From: Myxococcota bacterium
GTDB lineage: Bacteria; Myxococcota; Kuafuiibacteriia; Kuafuiibacteriales; Kuafuiibacteriaceae
Reading direction: 5' to 3'
Assembly: GCA_050331295.1 (NCBI GenBank)
Contig: JBHJGZ010000007.1
Location: forward strand, 350,422-414,421
Length of the DNA stretch: 64,000 nucleotides
Part shown: piece by piece, positions 39,315 to 48,390 of the stretch
Numbering within the stretch: position 1 is the first letter of the stretch
How the letters are laid out: every line of letters begins with the position of its first letter
Notes under the pieces: generated by a model
The model's input: only the letters and a program-made list of their open reading frames with translations
What the model was told of the DNA's origin: nothing
The model's database searches: none
Made by a program: the position numbers and the translations under genes

Positions 39315-40136
39315 TCACTCATCCACGTTGTATTCGGCTTCTTGTACGTAGCGCTTAGAGGCCACATGAATGAAGAAATCGGGGTCGTCGGTACGATAGG
39401 TCTCGTGAAAGTCTCCGAACGTTTCGACGTGCTGAAATCCAACCTCGAACAAGAGTCGCCGCACATAGTTCCTGCGAAGCGGAAACATGTTCAGATGGAA
39501 GGTGGACTGGTCCGGAAAGGTGTAACGAAATCGAGCCAAGCCATCGTCGACATAGTCAGGCTCCGCGCTTACATTGTCGCCACAGTAGTAATATTTATGC
39601 TTCGTCGTGAAGCCGCGGTCGAGTATCGCGTCGTAGTTTCGCTGATCGAGGATCAGCAGCCCATCATGCCGCAGGGCAGCGTAGAACTCCGCCAGGGTCT
39701 TTCTTCGATCACGCTCTGAAAACAGATGCGTAAATGAGTTTCCTAGACAGATCACGGCATCGTATTTCCCGTACAAATCTCGATTCAGCCACCGCCAGTC
39801 TGCGTGGACGGTCTGAAGAATCTGATTGTGTTTCCGACCGTTCTCGAATGCCTTGGCCAACATTTCCGGTGAACCGTCGACAGACGTGACCTTGAAGCCT
39901 TCCTTCAGCAAGCGCACCGAATGGAAGCCCGTTCCGGTTGAAACGTCCAAGATCTTGCGCTTGCCATGTTGCCGGAGGGTGTCGATGAAAAAACGACCCT
40001 CGCTCTCGGCTCGGGCTTCCCAGTCGATGAGCAGGTCCCACTTCCCCACGAAAGAATGGACGTATTCGTTGGTGTATTGGTCCGTATCTCGAACCTCGAT
40101 CGGGTTGCCTTCGTAAACTTGTTGTTGGTCCTTCAC
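39315..40136 (-). CDS. glycine/sarcosine N-methyltransferase (GNMT family)
   Basis: Strong resemblance to glycine N-methyltransferases (ILDVSTGTGFHSVRLLKEGFKVTSVDGSPEML, ICLGNSFTHL); 273 aa. Confidence 0.7.
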   Translation of the reverse strand: MKDQQQVYEGNPIEVRDTDQYTNEYVHSFVGKWDLLIDWEARAESEGRFFIDTLRQHGKRKILDVSTGTGFHSVRLLKEGFKVTSVDGSPEMLAKAFENGRKHNQILQTVHADWRWLNRDLYGKYDAVICLGNSFTHLFSERDRRKTLAEFYAALRHDGLLILDQRNYDAILDRGFTTKHKYYYCGDNVSAEPDYVDDGLARFRYTFPDQSTFHLNMFPLRRNYVRRLLFEVGFQHVETFGDFHETYRTDDPDFFIHVASKRYVQEAEYNVDE

Positions 40137-40181
40137 AGGACGCTCCTTCCACCTGGTGTCGGTCTCGGTTACCTATGCAGC

Positions 40182-41354
40182 CTAGGTTCTTACGTCAACC
40201 GGGCGTTTCCCGCCGACACGGCATGGGAGGTTGGCACGCAGCCGCTGAGCCGCCTCTCGAGCCTCTGGTGCGGTGTCCGCTAACACCGTGATGTGCCCCA
40301 TTTTTCGGCCGGCGCGCGCTTCATCCTTGCCGTACAAGTGAAGGAACGAGCGGCCATCTTTCAAAATGATCGACCAATTGGGCTCCTTCCCTCCGCGCCA
40401 AAGATCTCCCATCAAATTCACCATCGCTGCAGGCTGTTTCATCCGCAGCGACGGAATCGGAAAGCCGCAAACGGCTCGCAGCTGAAGCTCGAATTGGCCG
40501 ATGTTGAATGCGTCGACCGTCAAATGACCGCTGTTGTGGGGCCTAGGAGCCAGTTCATTGATCAGGAAGGATCCATCTCGAAGATGAAACATCTCGACAC
40601 ACATGACGCCACGAACATCGAGAGCGGTCATCACCCCTTTGGCGATGTCGAGGGCGGTGTCGGCTTGTTTCGCGGGCAGCTCGGCCGGACAATGTGTAGT
40701 GTCCAAGACATGGTTGGCGTGGAGGTTCTCGAAAACGGGATATGCGGCCACCGAGCCGTCTTCGCCTCGGCCCGCTACTACCGAAACTTCTCTTTCGAAG
40801 TCGATGGTGGCCTCGGCGATCGCGACCGGTCGGTCGTGTTCGGACCAGGCTTTCGTCGCGTCGTCGTCGGGACGGAGCCGCCGTTGACCTTTCCCATCAT
40901 AGCCAGACCGAACCGTCTTGAGGACGATGTCGCCCCCCAAAGCCTCTCTTGCTGCATGAAGCTCTGAGACCGATTCCACGGAGCGGAACGGCGTTACCGG
41001 GAAACCAAGCGTTCGAAGGGTCGTCTTCTCCTGGAGACGGTCCTGCGCTATCGACAGCACGCCTGGTCGCGGGAAGACGGGGACGCGTTCGGAACACCAT
41101 TCAGCGGTCCTTACGGGCACGCTTTCGAACTCGTACGTGACAAGGTCCACGCTTTCCGCGAATCGACGCACCCGCTCGAGATCTCCGTAGTCGCCGACGA
41201 TTTCTTCGTTGGCCGCCTGGCCAGCTGGTCCTCGGGCGTCGGGTGCGTAAACCACCGTCTTGACCCCGAGTCGATGTGCCACCAAGGCGAGCATCCGACC
41301 CAGTTGTCCACCTCCGAGGACTCCGAGACGCAACTGAGAGAGCGCTCGATTCAT
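40182..41354 (-). CDS. purK: N5-carboxyaminoimidazole ribonucleotide synthase
   Basis: ATP-grasp enzyme with PurK N-terminus ([14 protein letters not shown]); 390 aa. Confidence 0.9.
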   Translation of the reverse strand: MNRALSQLRLGVLGGGQLGRMLALVAHRLGVKTVVYAPDARGPAGQAANEEIVGDYGDLERVRRFAESVDLVTYEFESVPVRTAEWCSERVPVFPRPGVLSIAQDRLQEKTTLRTLGFPVTPFRSVESVSELHAAREALGGDIVLKTVRSGYDGKGQRRLRPDDDATKAWSEHDRPVAIAEATIDFEREVSVVAGRGEDGSVAAYPVFENLHANHVLDTTHCPAELPAKQADTALDIAKGVMTALDVRGVMCVEMFHLRDGSFLINELAPRPHNSGHLTVDAFNIGQFELQLRAVCGFPIPSLRMKQPAAMVNLMGDLWRGGKEPNWSIILKDGRSFLHLYGKDEARAGRKMGHITVLADTAPEAREAAQRLRANLPCRVGGKRPVDVRT

Positions 41355-41851
41355 GGAAGCGACTCGTTGATCACGCGCTCTCTTTGAGCATTTCGGTACT
41401 CACGAAGCCGCTCCACGATGCGAGGCTCGCTGCGACCCAAGATGGAGGCGGCGAGAAGGGCGCCGTTGATCGCGCCGGCCTTGCCTATCGCCATCGTGGC
41501 CACCGGAATTCCGGCGGGCATCTGATTGATGGAAAGCAGGGAATCGAGGCCGTTCAGGGCTCTGCTCTTCACCGGAACGCCAATGACGGGAAGCAAGGTC
41601 TCGGAGGCGGTCATTCCGGGGAGGTGAGCCGCCCCTCCGGCTCCCGCGATGATGACAGACAAGCCACGTTGCTCGGCGGTTCGGGCATATTCGACCATCA
41701 GTTCGGGCGTCCGGTGGGCCGAGACAACACGACATTCATGACCAATTCCGAGCTCTTGTAGGGTCTGATGGGCATACACCATGCAAGCGTCCCAGTCACT
41801 CTTCGAGCCCATGATGACGCCGACCCTCGGCGCCTCGGAATCATGGAGCAT
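41351..41851 (-). CDS. purE: N5-carboxyaminoimidazole ribonucleotide mutase
   Basis: PurE motifs [11 protein letters not shown] and SAHRTP; probable start at MLHDSE (41851) rather than the ORF-track 41893. Confidence 0.9.
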   Translation of the reverse strand: MLHDSEAPRVGVIMGSKSDWDACMVYAHQTLQELGIGHECRVVSAHRTPELMVEYARTAEQRGLSVIIAGAGGAAHLPGMTASETLLPVIGVPVKSRALNGLDSLLSINQMPAGIPVATMAIGKAGAINGALLAASILGRSEPRIVERLREYRNAQRERVINESLP

Positions 41852-41899
41852 GACCGCATGATGGCTGGGGACATCCATTTGTCCAACCCTCAATTTGGC

Positions 41900-43453
41900 T
41901 CAAATTCGCGTTCCTTTACCCACACGCGCCTTGAGGGATCGCACTCGCGAGCGGATCGCATCCAGCTCCTCCGGCTTCTTGCGGTCGATGTTCTTCAGTT
42001 GGAGGGCCATCCGCTGGTTGCTCTGTAGCTGATCGCGGTGACGAACCAAGAAATCCCAGTAGAGCGTCGTGAACGGACAGGCCTCCTCCCCGACTGCTTT
42101 CTTTGGATCGTACGGACAAGTCGAACAGAACGGACCCATCTTTTGGATGTATTTTCCGGTTGCGACATACGGCTTCGTCCCAACGATCCCTCCATCTCCA
42201 TACTGACTCATGCCCAGCGTGTTCGGGAGAGAGACCCAGTCGACCGCGTCGACGTACATTTTCATGTGCCACTCGTGGAATCGGTAGGGATGCACCCCCC
42301 ACAACTGAGAGAAGAGCCCCAACACCATCAGGCGATGGATGTGATGAGCGTAACCGATCCGCAAGACTGCCTGCATTGAATCGTGCACGCACTTCATGTC
42401 GGTTTGCCCATCCCAAAAGAAAGAAGGCAGCTCGGCTTTTGCCCGCAGCGCATTCTTTCTTGCATAGCCTGGCATATGACTATTGTATATTCCTCTTATG
42501 AACTCTCGCCAACCCAGAATCTGCCGGACAAATCCTTCTACGCTGTTCAATGGTGCTTTCTGCTGTTCGTAGGCGCGCACCGCCCGGTCCACACAGTCGC
42601 GGGGCGAAAGGAGCTTCGTGTTGAGGAGCGCAGACAAACGGCTGTGAAACAACACTGCGTCCCCCTCCGTCATCGCGTCTTGGAAACGTCCAAAATTGGG
42701 TAAGGCCTTCTTGATGAACCCATCGAGGTGCTCGAGGGCGGCCGCACGGGTCACCGGAAGACTGAAGGTTCGCGCATCACCGGGATTCTCGGGGAACCGA
42801 TTCTCGACCATCGAGATGACCTGCTTCGTGATGGTGTCCGGCTCGAAACTCGGCAACGGACGAAGGTCGGACGGCGGACCATCGTTCCCAAAAGACTCTC
42901 GATTTGCTTTGTCAAAGTTCCACTCGCCCCCCTCCGGCCGCCCGTCTTCGTCGACGAGAATCGAGAAGTCTTTTCTCAGCTTTCGATAGAAATATTCGAG
43001 CACCAGCTCTTTCTTGCCTCGGCTCCAGTCTTCAAAAGCTTCGCTGCTGCAATAAAAGTGTCGATCGGGGCGTAGTTCGATGTCGATGCCGCGATGTTCG
43101 GCCGCAGCAAAGACCTGTTCGCGAACCCGATGGTCGCCCGGCTCGACGAGCACCAGTCGTTCCGGTCCCAGCCTTTTGATGTCTTGGCTGAGCACCTCTC
43201 GAAAGGAGGAACCTCGGTCCTTCTCCGCCGATGCGTGGAGTTGGTGGTAAGCGATGGCACGCCCGGCATCGCGCTGCTGAGCGGCGAAGTGACGCATGGC
43301 GGCGAGAAAGAACGTCACCTTGTGCTGGTGAACATGAGCGGTCTCCTCCTCAACCTCCGCCATCCACACCCGGTCTCGTTCGTTGTCGAAGTCATCGAAC
43401 ACCGCACTCTCGGCGTCGAGCTGGTCGCCGAAGATGACGACGAGGTTTCGCAT
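41900..43453 (-). CDS. cryptochrome/photolyase family protein, FeS-BCP / (6-4) photolyase-like
   Basis: PhrB-like N-terminus MRNLVVIFGDQL; FAD-binding domain; C-terminal Cys cluster (CSTCPYDP...ACPF) consistent with a 4Fe-4S FeS-BCP photolyase. Confidence 0.8.
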   Translation of the reverse strand: MRNLVVIFGDQLDAESAVFDDFDNERDRVWMAEVEEETAHVHQHKVTFFLAAMRHFAAQQRDAGRAIAYHQLHASAEKDRGSSFREVLSQDIKRLGPERLVLVEPGDHRVREQVFAAAEHRGIDIELRPDRHFYCSSEAFEDWSRGKKELVLEYFYRKLRKDFSILVDEDGRPEGGEWNFDKANRESFGNDGPPSDLRPLPSFEPDTITKQVISMVENRFPENPGDARTFSLPVTRAAALEHLDGFIKKALPNFGRFQDAMTEGDAVLFHSRLSALLNTKLLSPRDCVDRAVRAYEQQKAPLNSVEGFVRQILGWREFIRGIYNSHMPGYARKNALRAKAELPSFFWDGQTDMKCVHDSMQAVLRIGYAHHIHRLMVLGLFSQLWGVHPYRFHEWHMKMYVDAVDWVSLPNTLGMSQYGDGGIVGTKPYVATGKYIQKMGPFCSTCPYDPKKAVGEEACPFTTLYWDFLVRHRDQLQSNQRMALQLKNIDRKKPEELDAIRSRVRSLKARVGKGTRI

Positions 43454-43503
43454 GCTGGCCTCCTTAGCCGAAAGTTGCGCGACCCTGCATGAGTTGCGCG
43501 ATT

Positions 43504-44937
43504 TCAGAGGATAGGCGCGAAAAGACGCGCGACCCCGTCCCTGAGTCTGCACGGGAGCGAACGGGCGTCCAGGTCCGCGGCGGTGAGCCGCCGTGCAGTC
43601 CCGATCCGATGGTCCACGAGGTCCGCCATCTGGCGGCCGAAGAGCTGGTCATAGGCTTCCACATCCAGTTCGAAGTTCAGTCGATACGACCGAGGGTCCC
43701 AGTTGCCCGAACCAAACAAAACCCAACACTCGTCGACCACCATCAACTTGGAATGGTCGAACGGCGGCGGACTCAGCCACACTCGACAGACGTCGACCAT
43801 GGTTCGGATCTGACCCCACATCGCCCATTGAACGAAAGGAAGGTTGCAACGAGCCGGGATGACGACATCGACCTGGACACCTCGAAGAGCGGCCGTAGCC
43901 AGGGCGGATTGCAGCGACTGGTCGGGAAGGAAATAGGGGGTCAAGATACGGACGCTCCGCTCCGCGCAAGCCAACCCGGCGAGATAGGCCCCGAGGAGTT
44001 GGTCCAGATCTTCGTCCGGTCCATCCGAGATGGTGCGCGCCCAGGGAGCCGAGGGTTCGCATCCGCTCCCTGCATCATTGACCGTGGGCAAGTCGAACCG
44101 GTCCCCGCCTGCGAACGTCCAATCTTCCCAGAAGACCTGGTGCAACTGGCCTACCAACGGCCCCATGACGCGAAAGTGCAGATCTCGCACCGGTCTTTTG
44201 GGCCGAGCCGCAAGCTGATGTCCCACCCTGATGTTGATGCCGCCGGTGAACCCCACCTCGTCGTCGACCACCAGGATCTTGCGATGGGTCCGCAGATTCA
44301 GGTACGCAAACGACCTCAGGCCCGCCGGCAGAAAACGACGAACCCGAACGCCTCTTCGTCGGAGGGTGCGAAGGACGGTGGGCCAGCTGTACCGAAGTCC
44401 GGCGTCGTCGGCCAGCACCCGAACCTCGACCCCGCGAGCTTGGGCCTGGGCCAATCGCTCGATGAAGCCCTCTCCGGCCAGGTCGCGGTCAAAAATGTAT
44501 GTGGACAGGCTAATGGAGGATTCAGCCCGTTCGATGGCCTCCCACATGGCGGGATAGGCCTCGTCGCCATCCACCAGGACGTCGACGCGGGGGAGTGCAA
44601 CCCTAGGAAAGCGGCAAAGCGCGTCCAGACTGCGGACCAATCCGGGTGGACCGGAGACCGGGGTCGGTTTTGGGGGCGGCGACGGTGCGGGACGAGGTCC
44701 ACGAAGCCGAAAAGCGGTACGGCGGATCCGGTTGATCCCGAGGGTAAGGTACAGGAGTGCGCCCACCAGCGGCGCGAGGACGATCACGCCGAGCCAGCCC
44801 GCTGCCGCTCGCTCGTCGCGCTTGGTCAAGATCACGTGAACCGATGCGCCCAGAAGTCCCCCGACCGACACCAACGCCACCCCATAGGCCCATGGCGTGG
44901 GGACTCCCAGGGCCAAGAATGACACAATGCGCTCCAC
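43504..44937 (-). CDS. cls: cardiolipin synthase (PLD superfamily)
   Basis: Two N-terminal TM helices and two HKD motifs (HRKILVVDD...GGINI; HSKLMVVDE...GSGNWD); 477 aa. Confidence 0.9.
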   Translation of the reverse strand: MERIVSFLALGVPTPWAYGVALVSVGGLLGASVHVILTKRDERAAAGWLGVIVLAPLVGALLYLTLGINRIRRTAFRLRGPRPAPSPPPKPTPVSGPPGLVRSLDALCRFPRVALPRVDVLVDGDEAYPAMWEAIERAESSISLSTYIFDRDLAGEGFIERLAQAQARGVEVRVLADDAGLRYSWPTVLRTLRRRGVRVRRFLPAGLRSFAYLNLRTHRKILVVDDEVGFTGGINIRVGHQLAARPKRPVRDLHFRVMGPLVGQLHQVFWEDWTFAGGDRFDLPTVNDAGSGCEPSAPWARTISDGPDEDLDQLLGAYLAGLACAERSVRILTPYFLPDQSLQSALATAALRGVQVDVVIPARCNLPFVQWAMWGQIRTMVDVCRVWLSPPPFDHSKLMVVDECWVLFGSGNWDPRSYRLNFELDVEAYDQLFGRQMADLVDHRIGTARRLTAADLDARSLPCRLRDGVARLFAPIL

Positions 44938-45041
44938 CTCGCGTCCTCACATGTTGCCGATCAGAGTCGATCCTGCCACATAGCGAACCCGAAATGGGCC
45001 CCGGCGTCGTTTCGGTTCCGGAGGTTCCAGGAGGAGTCCAC

Positions 45042-45584
45042 ATGTCACGTTACGTGGTCCGGACGCTGACGCCCGACGATTTCCCTACTTTGATGGACCT
45101 GGAAGAGCGTCTTTTCGGCAGCGCTCGTGAGGGAGTCCTCGGGCCCTACTATGTAAGGCTGTGCTGCGACTTCTTCGGCGAGTCCTGCTTCTTGGTATTC
45201 GTGGATGACGAGGCGGTCGGCTATCTCCTTTCCTTCGTGAAGGGTCGAGAGGCGTACTGTACGACCCTCGCCATTTCGAAGGCCTTTCAAGGCTCACGGG
45301 TCATCGTCAAGCTGCTGAGCGAATTCATCAACACCATGGACAGGATGGTGGATTCCGTATGGTTCACCGTCGAAGAAGACAACGAAGCAGCTCGTAACCT
45401 CCACGCCATGCTGGGCGCCAAAGAGATCGAAGAGCGGCAGGACTTTTACGGGCCTGGCTCCCATCGGATCGTGTCCCGAATCGACCGACCCGACTTCGAG
45501 CGGCTTCGATCCCGATTCGAACGCATCGGACTCCTCGGAGAACGGCGGGCGGCACGAAAGAATGCGTCCGCAGGCGCCCGGTGA
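45042..45584 (+). CDS. GNAT family N-acetyltransferase
   Basis: GNAT fold with acetyl-CoA-binding motif region; starts at MSRYVV (45042). The Arg/Pro-rich upstream ORF extension is rejected. GTGA overlap with the downstream acyltransferase. Confidence 0.65.
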   Translation: MSRYVVRTLTPDDFPTLMDLEERLFGSAREGVLGPYYVRLCCDFFGESCFLVFVDDEAVGYLLSFVKGREAYCTTLAISKAFQGSRVIVKLLSEFINTMDRMVDSVWFTVEEDNEAARNLHAMLGAKEIEERQDFYGPGSHRIVSRIDRPDFERLRSRFERIGLLGERRAARKNASAGAR

Positions 45585-46339
45585 CGCCCCGTCTGCTCGA
45601 TTTGAAGCTCGGCCGAGCCGCGAGGAGGGTGCAGCGTACCCTGGAACGTGTGCGCGAGACCGCGCTGCGGTCCGACGCCTTACCCGAGCGCTGGCTCGAT
45701 GGTCTCGACGACCGGGTTCAGAACTTTGGAGAGATTTGCCGGGTGGTCATGCACTCCCACAACATCGTGGTTCATGTGTCCGGGGCCCTGCCCGGATCAC
45801 GGTCGGTGGTGATGTCGAACCACCTGAGCTATCTGGACCCGTTGATCATCTCGGCGTTCGTTCCTGCCGTCCCCATCGCCAAGTCTGAGGTGGAAGCGTG
45901 GCCGATCGTGGGTCCCGCAGCTCAGCGATTCGGAGTCCTCTTTACCCAGCGAACGCGTCCGGAGCAGGGGGCCACGGTCCTCCGATGTTGTCTGCGTGCA
46001 CTGGACCGGGGCGTGTCCATTCTCAATTTTCCGGAAGGCACCACCAGCTTTGGCGAAACCGTTCTGCCCCTGAAGAGGGGCCTGTTTGGAATAGCTCGCA
46101 GGGCGCAGGCCCCCGTGGTTCCCACGGTACTGCGATTTGAAGACCGAGCCATGTGTTGGGTCGGGGATCAGGGCTTCATCCCCCACTATGCGGGCCTACT
46201 CCGCAGAGAGCAGACGGTGACGCACCTGGCCTTTGGCGACCCGATTCCGCCCCAGAATTTTGACTCGCCGGAAGCCCTGCGCGACGCAACGCGAAACGCC
46301 ATGATGGCCCTGAGACGGAGTCACTTCGGGGAACGCTGA
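45581..46339 (+). CDS. lysophospholipid (1-acyl-sn-glycerol-3-phosphate) acyltransferase, PlsC family
   Basis: HX4D motif NHLSYLDP and FPEGTT motif; GTG start at 45581. Confidence 0.8.
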   Translation: MTPRLLDLKLGRAARRVQRTLERVRETALRSDALPERWLDGLDDRVQNFGEICRVVMHSHNIVVHVSGALPGSRSVVMSNHLSYLDPLIISAFVPAVPIAKSEVEAWPIVGPAAQRFGVLFTQRTRPEQGATVLRCCLRALDRGVSILNFPEGTTSFGETVLPLKRGLFGIARRAQAPVVPTVLRFEDRAMCWVGDQGFIPHYAGLLRREQTVTHLAFGDPIPPQNFDSPEALRDATRNAMMALRRSHFGER

Positions 46340-46443
46340 GTACCCCGTCTCGGGGCACGGGCAAACTTTCACATTCGGTTCGATCTGGCCGATTTGTCCA
46401 AACCTACATCGGTTCGACCGCGCAGTTTGTTCATAATCGTGTC

Positions 46444-47349
46444 GTGAAGCGGCGAACCGATCTCTTGCCAGGGTACCTGGACCTGGCCGGGCTGGTGCAT
46501 TCCTGGGAACAGGTGGCCCAAAGGGGCCGCGCAGACATGCTGGTCGCGGGGCACTCGGTGGAAGGGCGACCGATTCCCGCCTATGGATTCGGGCCTCGCA
46601 CCGGGGTCCCGATCTTCCTTACTGCCCTCATGCATGGCGACGAGCTGATCGGCGGACTCGCTCTCCTGCACGCACTCCGCCGACTGGTCGACGAAGGGCG
46701 AGCCATTTTGGATGAGACGCGGCTGGTGGTGATGCCCATCGTGAATCCGGACGGCGTGCGTCGTACGTTTTCAAGGATGCGGGCCGGCCGCGCCATCGGA
46801 TGGAGAAAGAATGCGCGGGGTGTGGACCTCAACCGGAACTTCGAGGTGGTGACTCGAGGTATGTTTCGCCACCCCTTTTCTGGCTCCCGACGCCCATCTT
46901 CGCTCCACTACATGGGTCCTTCGGCCATGTCGGAACCGGAGACGCGAGCGGTCGCTCGTGTGGCCCGTCGGGTCAAACCGAGCTTGGCCTTGGCCTTTCA
47001 CAGCTTCGGCAATCTGCTTTTGTATCCGTGGGCCTTCACACGAACACCGTCACGCTACCGCGACGAGTATCGGCGCCTGGGAAGAGGGTTCGTGAGTTGT
47101 CAGGACCGTCCCTATCGCATGGTCCAGTCGTGCGGCCTATACCCCACTCTCGGTGACCTCGATGACTGGCTCGAAGACCGTCTGCACGTCCGGGCGATGA
47201 CGGTGGAGGTGAGTCGTCCCGAGCGGTCCTTGTTCACATCATTCGCCTTTCTTCACCCGATCCGGTGGATGAATCCGAGCAACATCTCGGGAGCACTGGA
47301 GAACGTCGCCCCAGGGATCGTCGCGCTGCTTCATGCTGCGCTCGCCTAG
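46444..47349 (+). CDS. M14-family zinc carboxypeptidase-like protein
   Basis: HGDELIG (HxxE), NRNF and HSFG motifs. Confidence 0.7.
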   Translation: MKRRTDLLPGYLDLAGLVHSWEQVAQRGRADMLVAGHSVEGRPIPAYGFGPRTGVPIFLTALMHGDELIGGLALLHALRRLVDEGRAILDETRLVVMPIVNPDGVRRTFSRMRAGRAIGWRKNARGVDLNRNFEVVTRGMFRHPFSGSRRPSSLHYMGPSAMSEPETRAVARVARRVKPSLALAFHSFGNLLLYPWAFTRTPSRYRDEYRRLGRGFVSCQDRPYRMVQSCGLYPTLGDLDDWLEDRLHVRAMTVEVSRPERSLFTSFAFLHPIRWMNPSNISGALENVAPGIVALLHAALA

Positions 47350-47417
47350 CCGCTCACGGATTCCGCCGGGCGAAAGACGGCGGATGCGGCATGTGGACCC
47401 GGGCGCCAGACCTCGGC

Positions 47418-47642
47418 CTACCGATCCTCGCGCTGCGACGGCCTGCGTTCGATGCGCTGCACGGCCGCCATGACCTGCGTGCAGCGAAGAACCTGCACCG
47501 CGTGAGCTCCTCCGATGAGGACCATACCCAGCAAAAGCGTGGAAGGCCCGATCGCGCCTCCACACACCTTGCACCCGGTGAGCGCTTCAAAGCCGAACGC
47601 CAGGAGCGTCGAAAGGCCACATGCCATCAAGAACGACGTCAT
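47418..47642 (-). CDS. hypothetical small Cys-containing membrane protein (two predicted TM helices)
   Basis: 74-aa ORF with GC-rich third codon positions and two hydrophobic segments; no other support. Confidence 0.3.
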   Translation of the reverse strand: MTSFLMACGLSTLLAFGFEALTGCKVCGGAIGPSTLLLGMVLIGGAHAVQVLRCTQVMAAVQRIERRPSQREDR

Positions 47643-47721
47643 GGAGGCACTCTACACCGGGTCCAGTCTCAGATCTCGAACTTTGCCCGCCCTCTCCAGG
47701 CCGCACCGGACGGATGCACCA

Positions 47722-48390
47722 CTATCGCCCATCTTGCGCCCTTCCCTCCTCCGCCCGGTCTGACATTCGAGTCGGGCGCGGATCAAAACGGTCCGCATTG
47801 CGGGCCAGGTCGGTGATCGCCTTCTCCGTGGCCTCCTCCACCAAAGCGGACAGGGCGTGCACGGCTTCGGGGATGGAATCGGTACCCACGTCTCTCGTCT
47901 CGTCGAACGAGCGGGACCACAGGACCTCCCCATCGGAAAAGCGAGTCATTCGGAGGTCGACGGAAAAGTGGGCCCTGATCTGGGTGGCAAATTCTCGCAC
48001 CTCGATGGCCCGCAGGTCTCCAGAAAGCACGAAGTCCGGTCGCTCCGAAAGCTGCCTCGTCACGCCCAAGAACAGGTCATGCTGCGCCAGCGACTGGGCA
48101 AGATGGTCGCTCACCATGACGTGGGGGCGAACGGCCCAGAGGTTGCTCTGACTGTATCGCAGCTGAATGTCGCTCATCCGTATGACCAGCTGAACTTTGT
48201 CGTAGGCGGTCTCGGGCGTCATGTCTCGAACGCGAACGGTTCCCTGGATGGCTCGATTCAACTGCCGATGAGGCTGCGGAGGGCGAAGGACGTAGTAGTT
48301 GCGGCGCAATTCTCGTGCACCGAGGCAACCGACCAAAGACCCAGTCAGAACCAGGAGGGCACACCTCGATCCCATCTTCCACGCGCTCAC
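47722..48390 (-). CDS. ABC-type transport auxiliary lipoprotein (PqiC/YmbA-like, DUF330)
   Basis: Lipobox LTGSLVGC; size and position downstream of an MCE protein; 4-nt overlap with that upstream gene. Confidence 0.65.
   Translation of the reverse strand: MSAWKMGSRCALLVLTGSLVGCLGARELRRNYYVLRPPQPHRQLNRAIQGTVRVRDMTPETAYDKVQLVIRMSDIQLRYSQSNLWAVRPHVMVSDHLAQSLAQHDLFLGVTRQLSERPDFVLSGDLRAIEVREFATQIRAHFSVDLRMTRFSDGEVLWSRSFDETRDVGTDSIPEAVHALSALVEEATEKAITDLARNADRFDPRPTRMSDRAEEGRAQDGR

Noticed and set aside
43489-44922. 477-aa plus-strand ORF mirroring cls
   Set aside because: Exact antisense to cardiolipin synthase, which has two HKD motifs; the mirror ORF has none.
44757-45041. 95-codon Arg/Pro-rich N-terminal extension of the GNAT ORF
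   Set aside because: Overlaps the cls start region and has no GNAT homology; the conserved GNAT begins at MSRYVV.
46343-46355. GC hairpin CCCCGtctCGGGG immediately after the PlsC-family gene stop, as a possible Rho-independent terminator
   Set aside because: Only a 5-bp stem and no downstream U-tract, so not a convincing intrinsic terminator.
46371-46430. Direct repeat of CGGTTCGA (GGTTCGA resembles a tRNA T-arm) upstream of the carboxypeptidase gene; considered as a tRNA or regulatory repeat
   Set aside because: No acceptor, anticodon or T-stem complementarity and no TCC after GGTTCGA; an 8-mer recurring once in GC-rich DNA is not significant.
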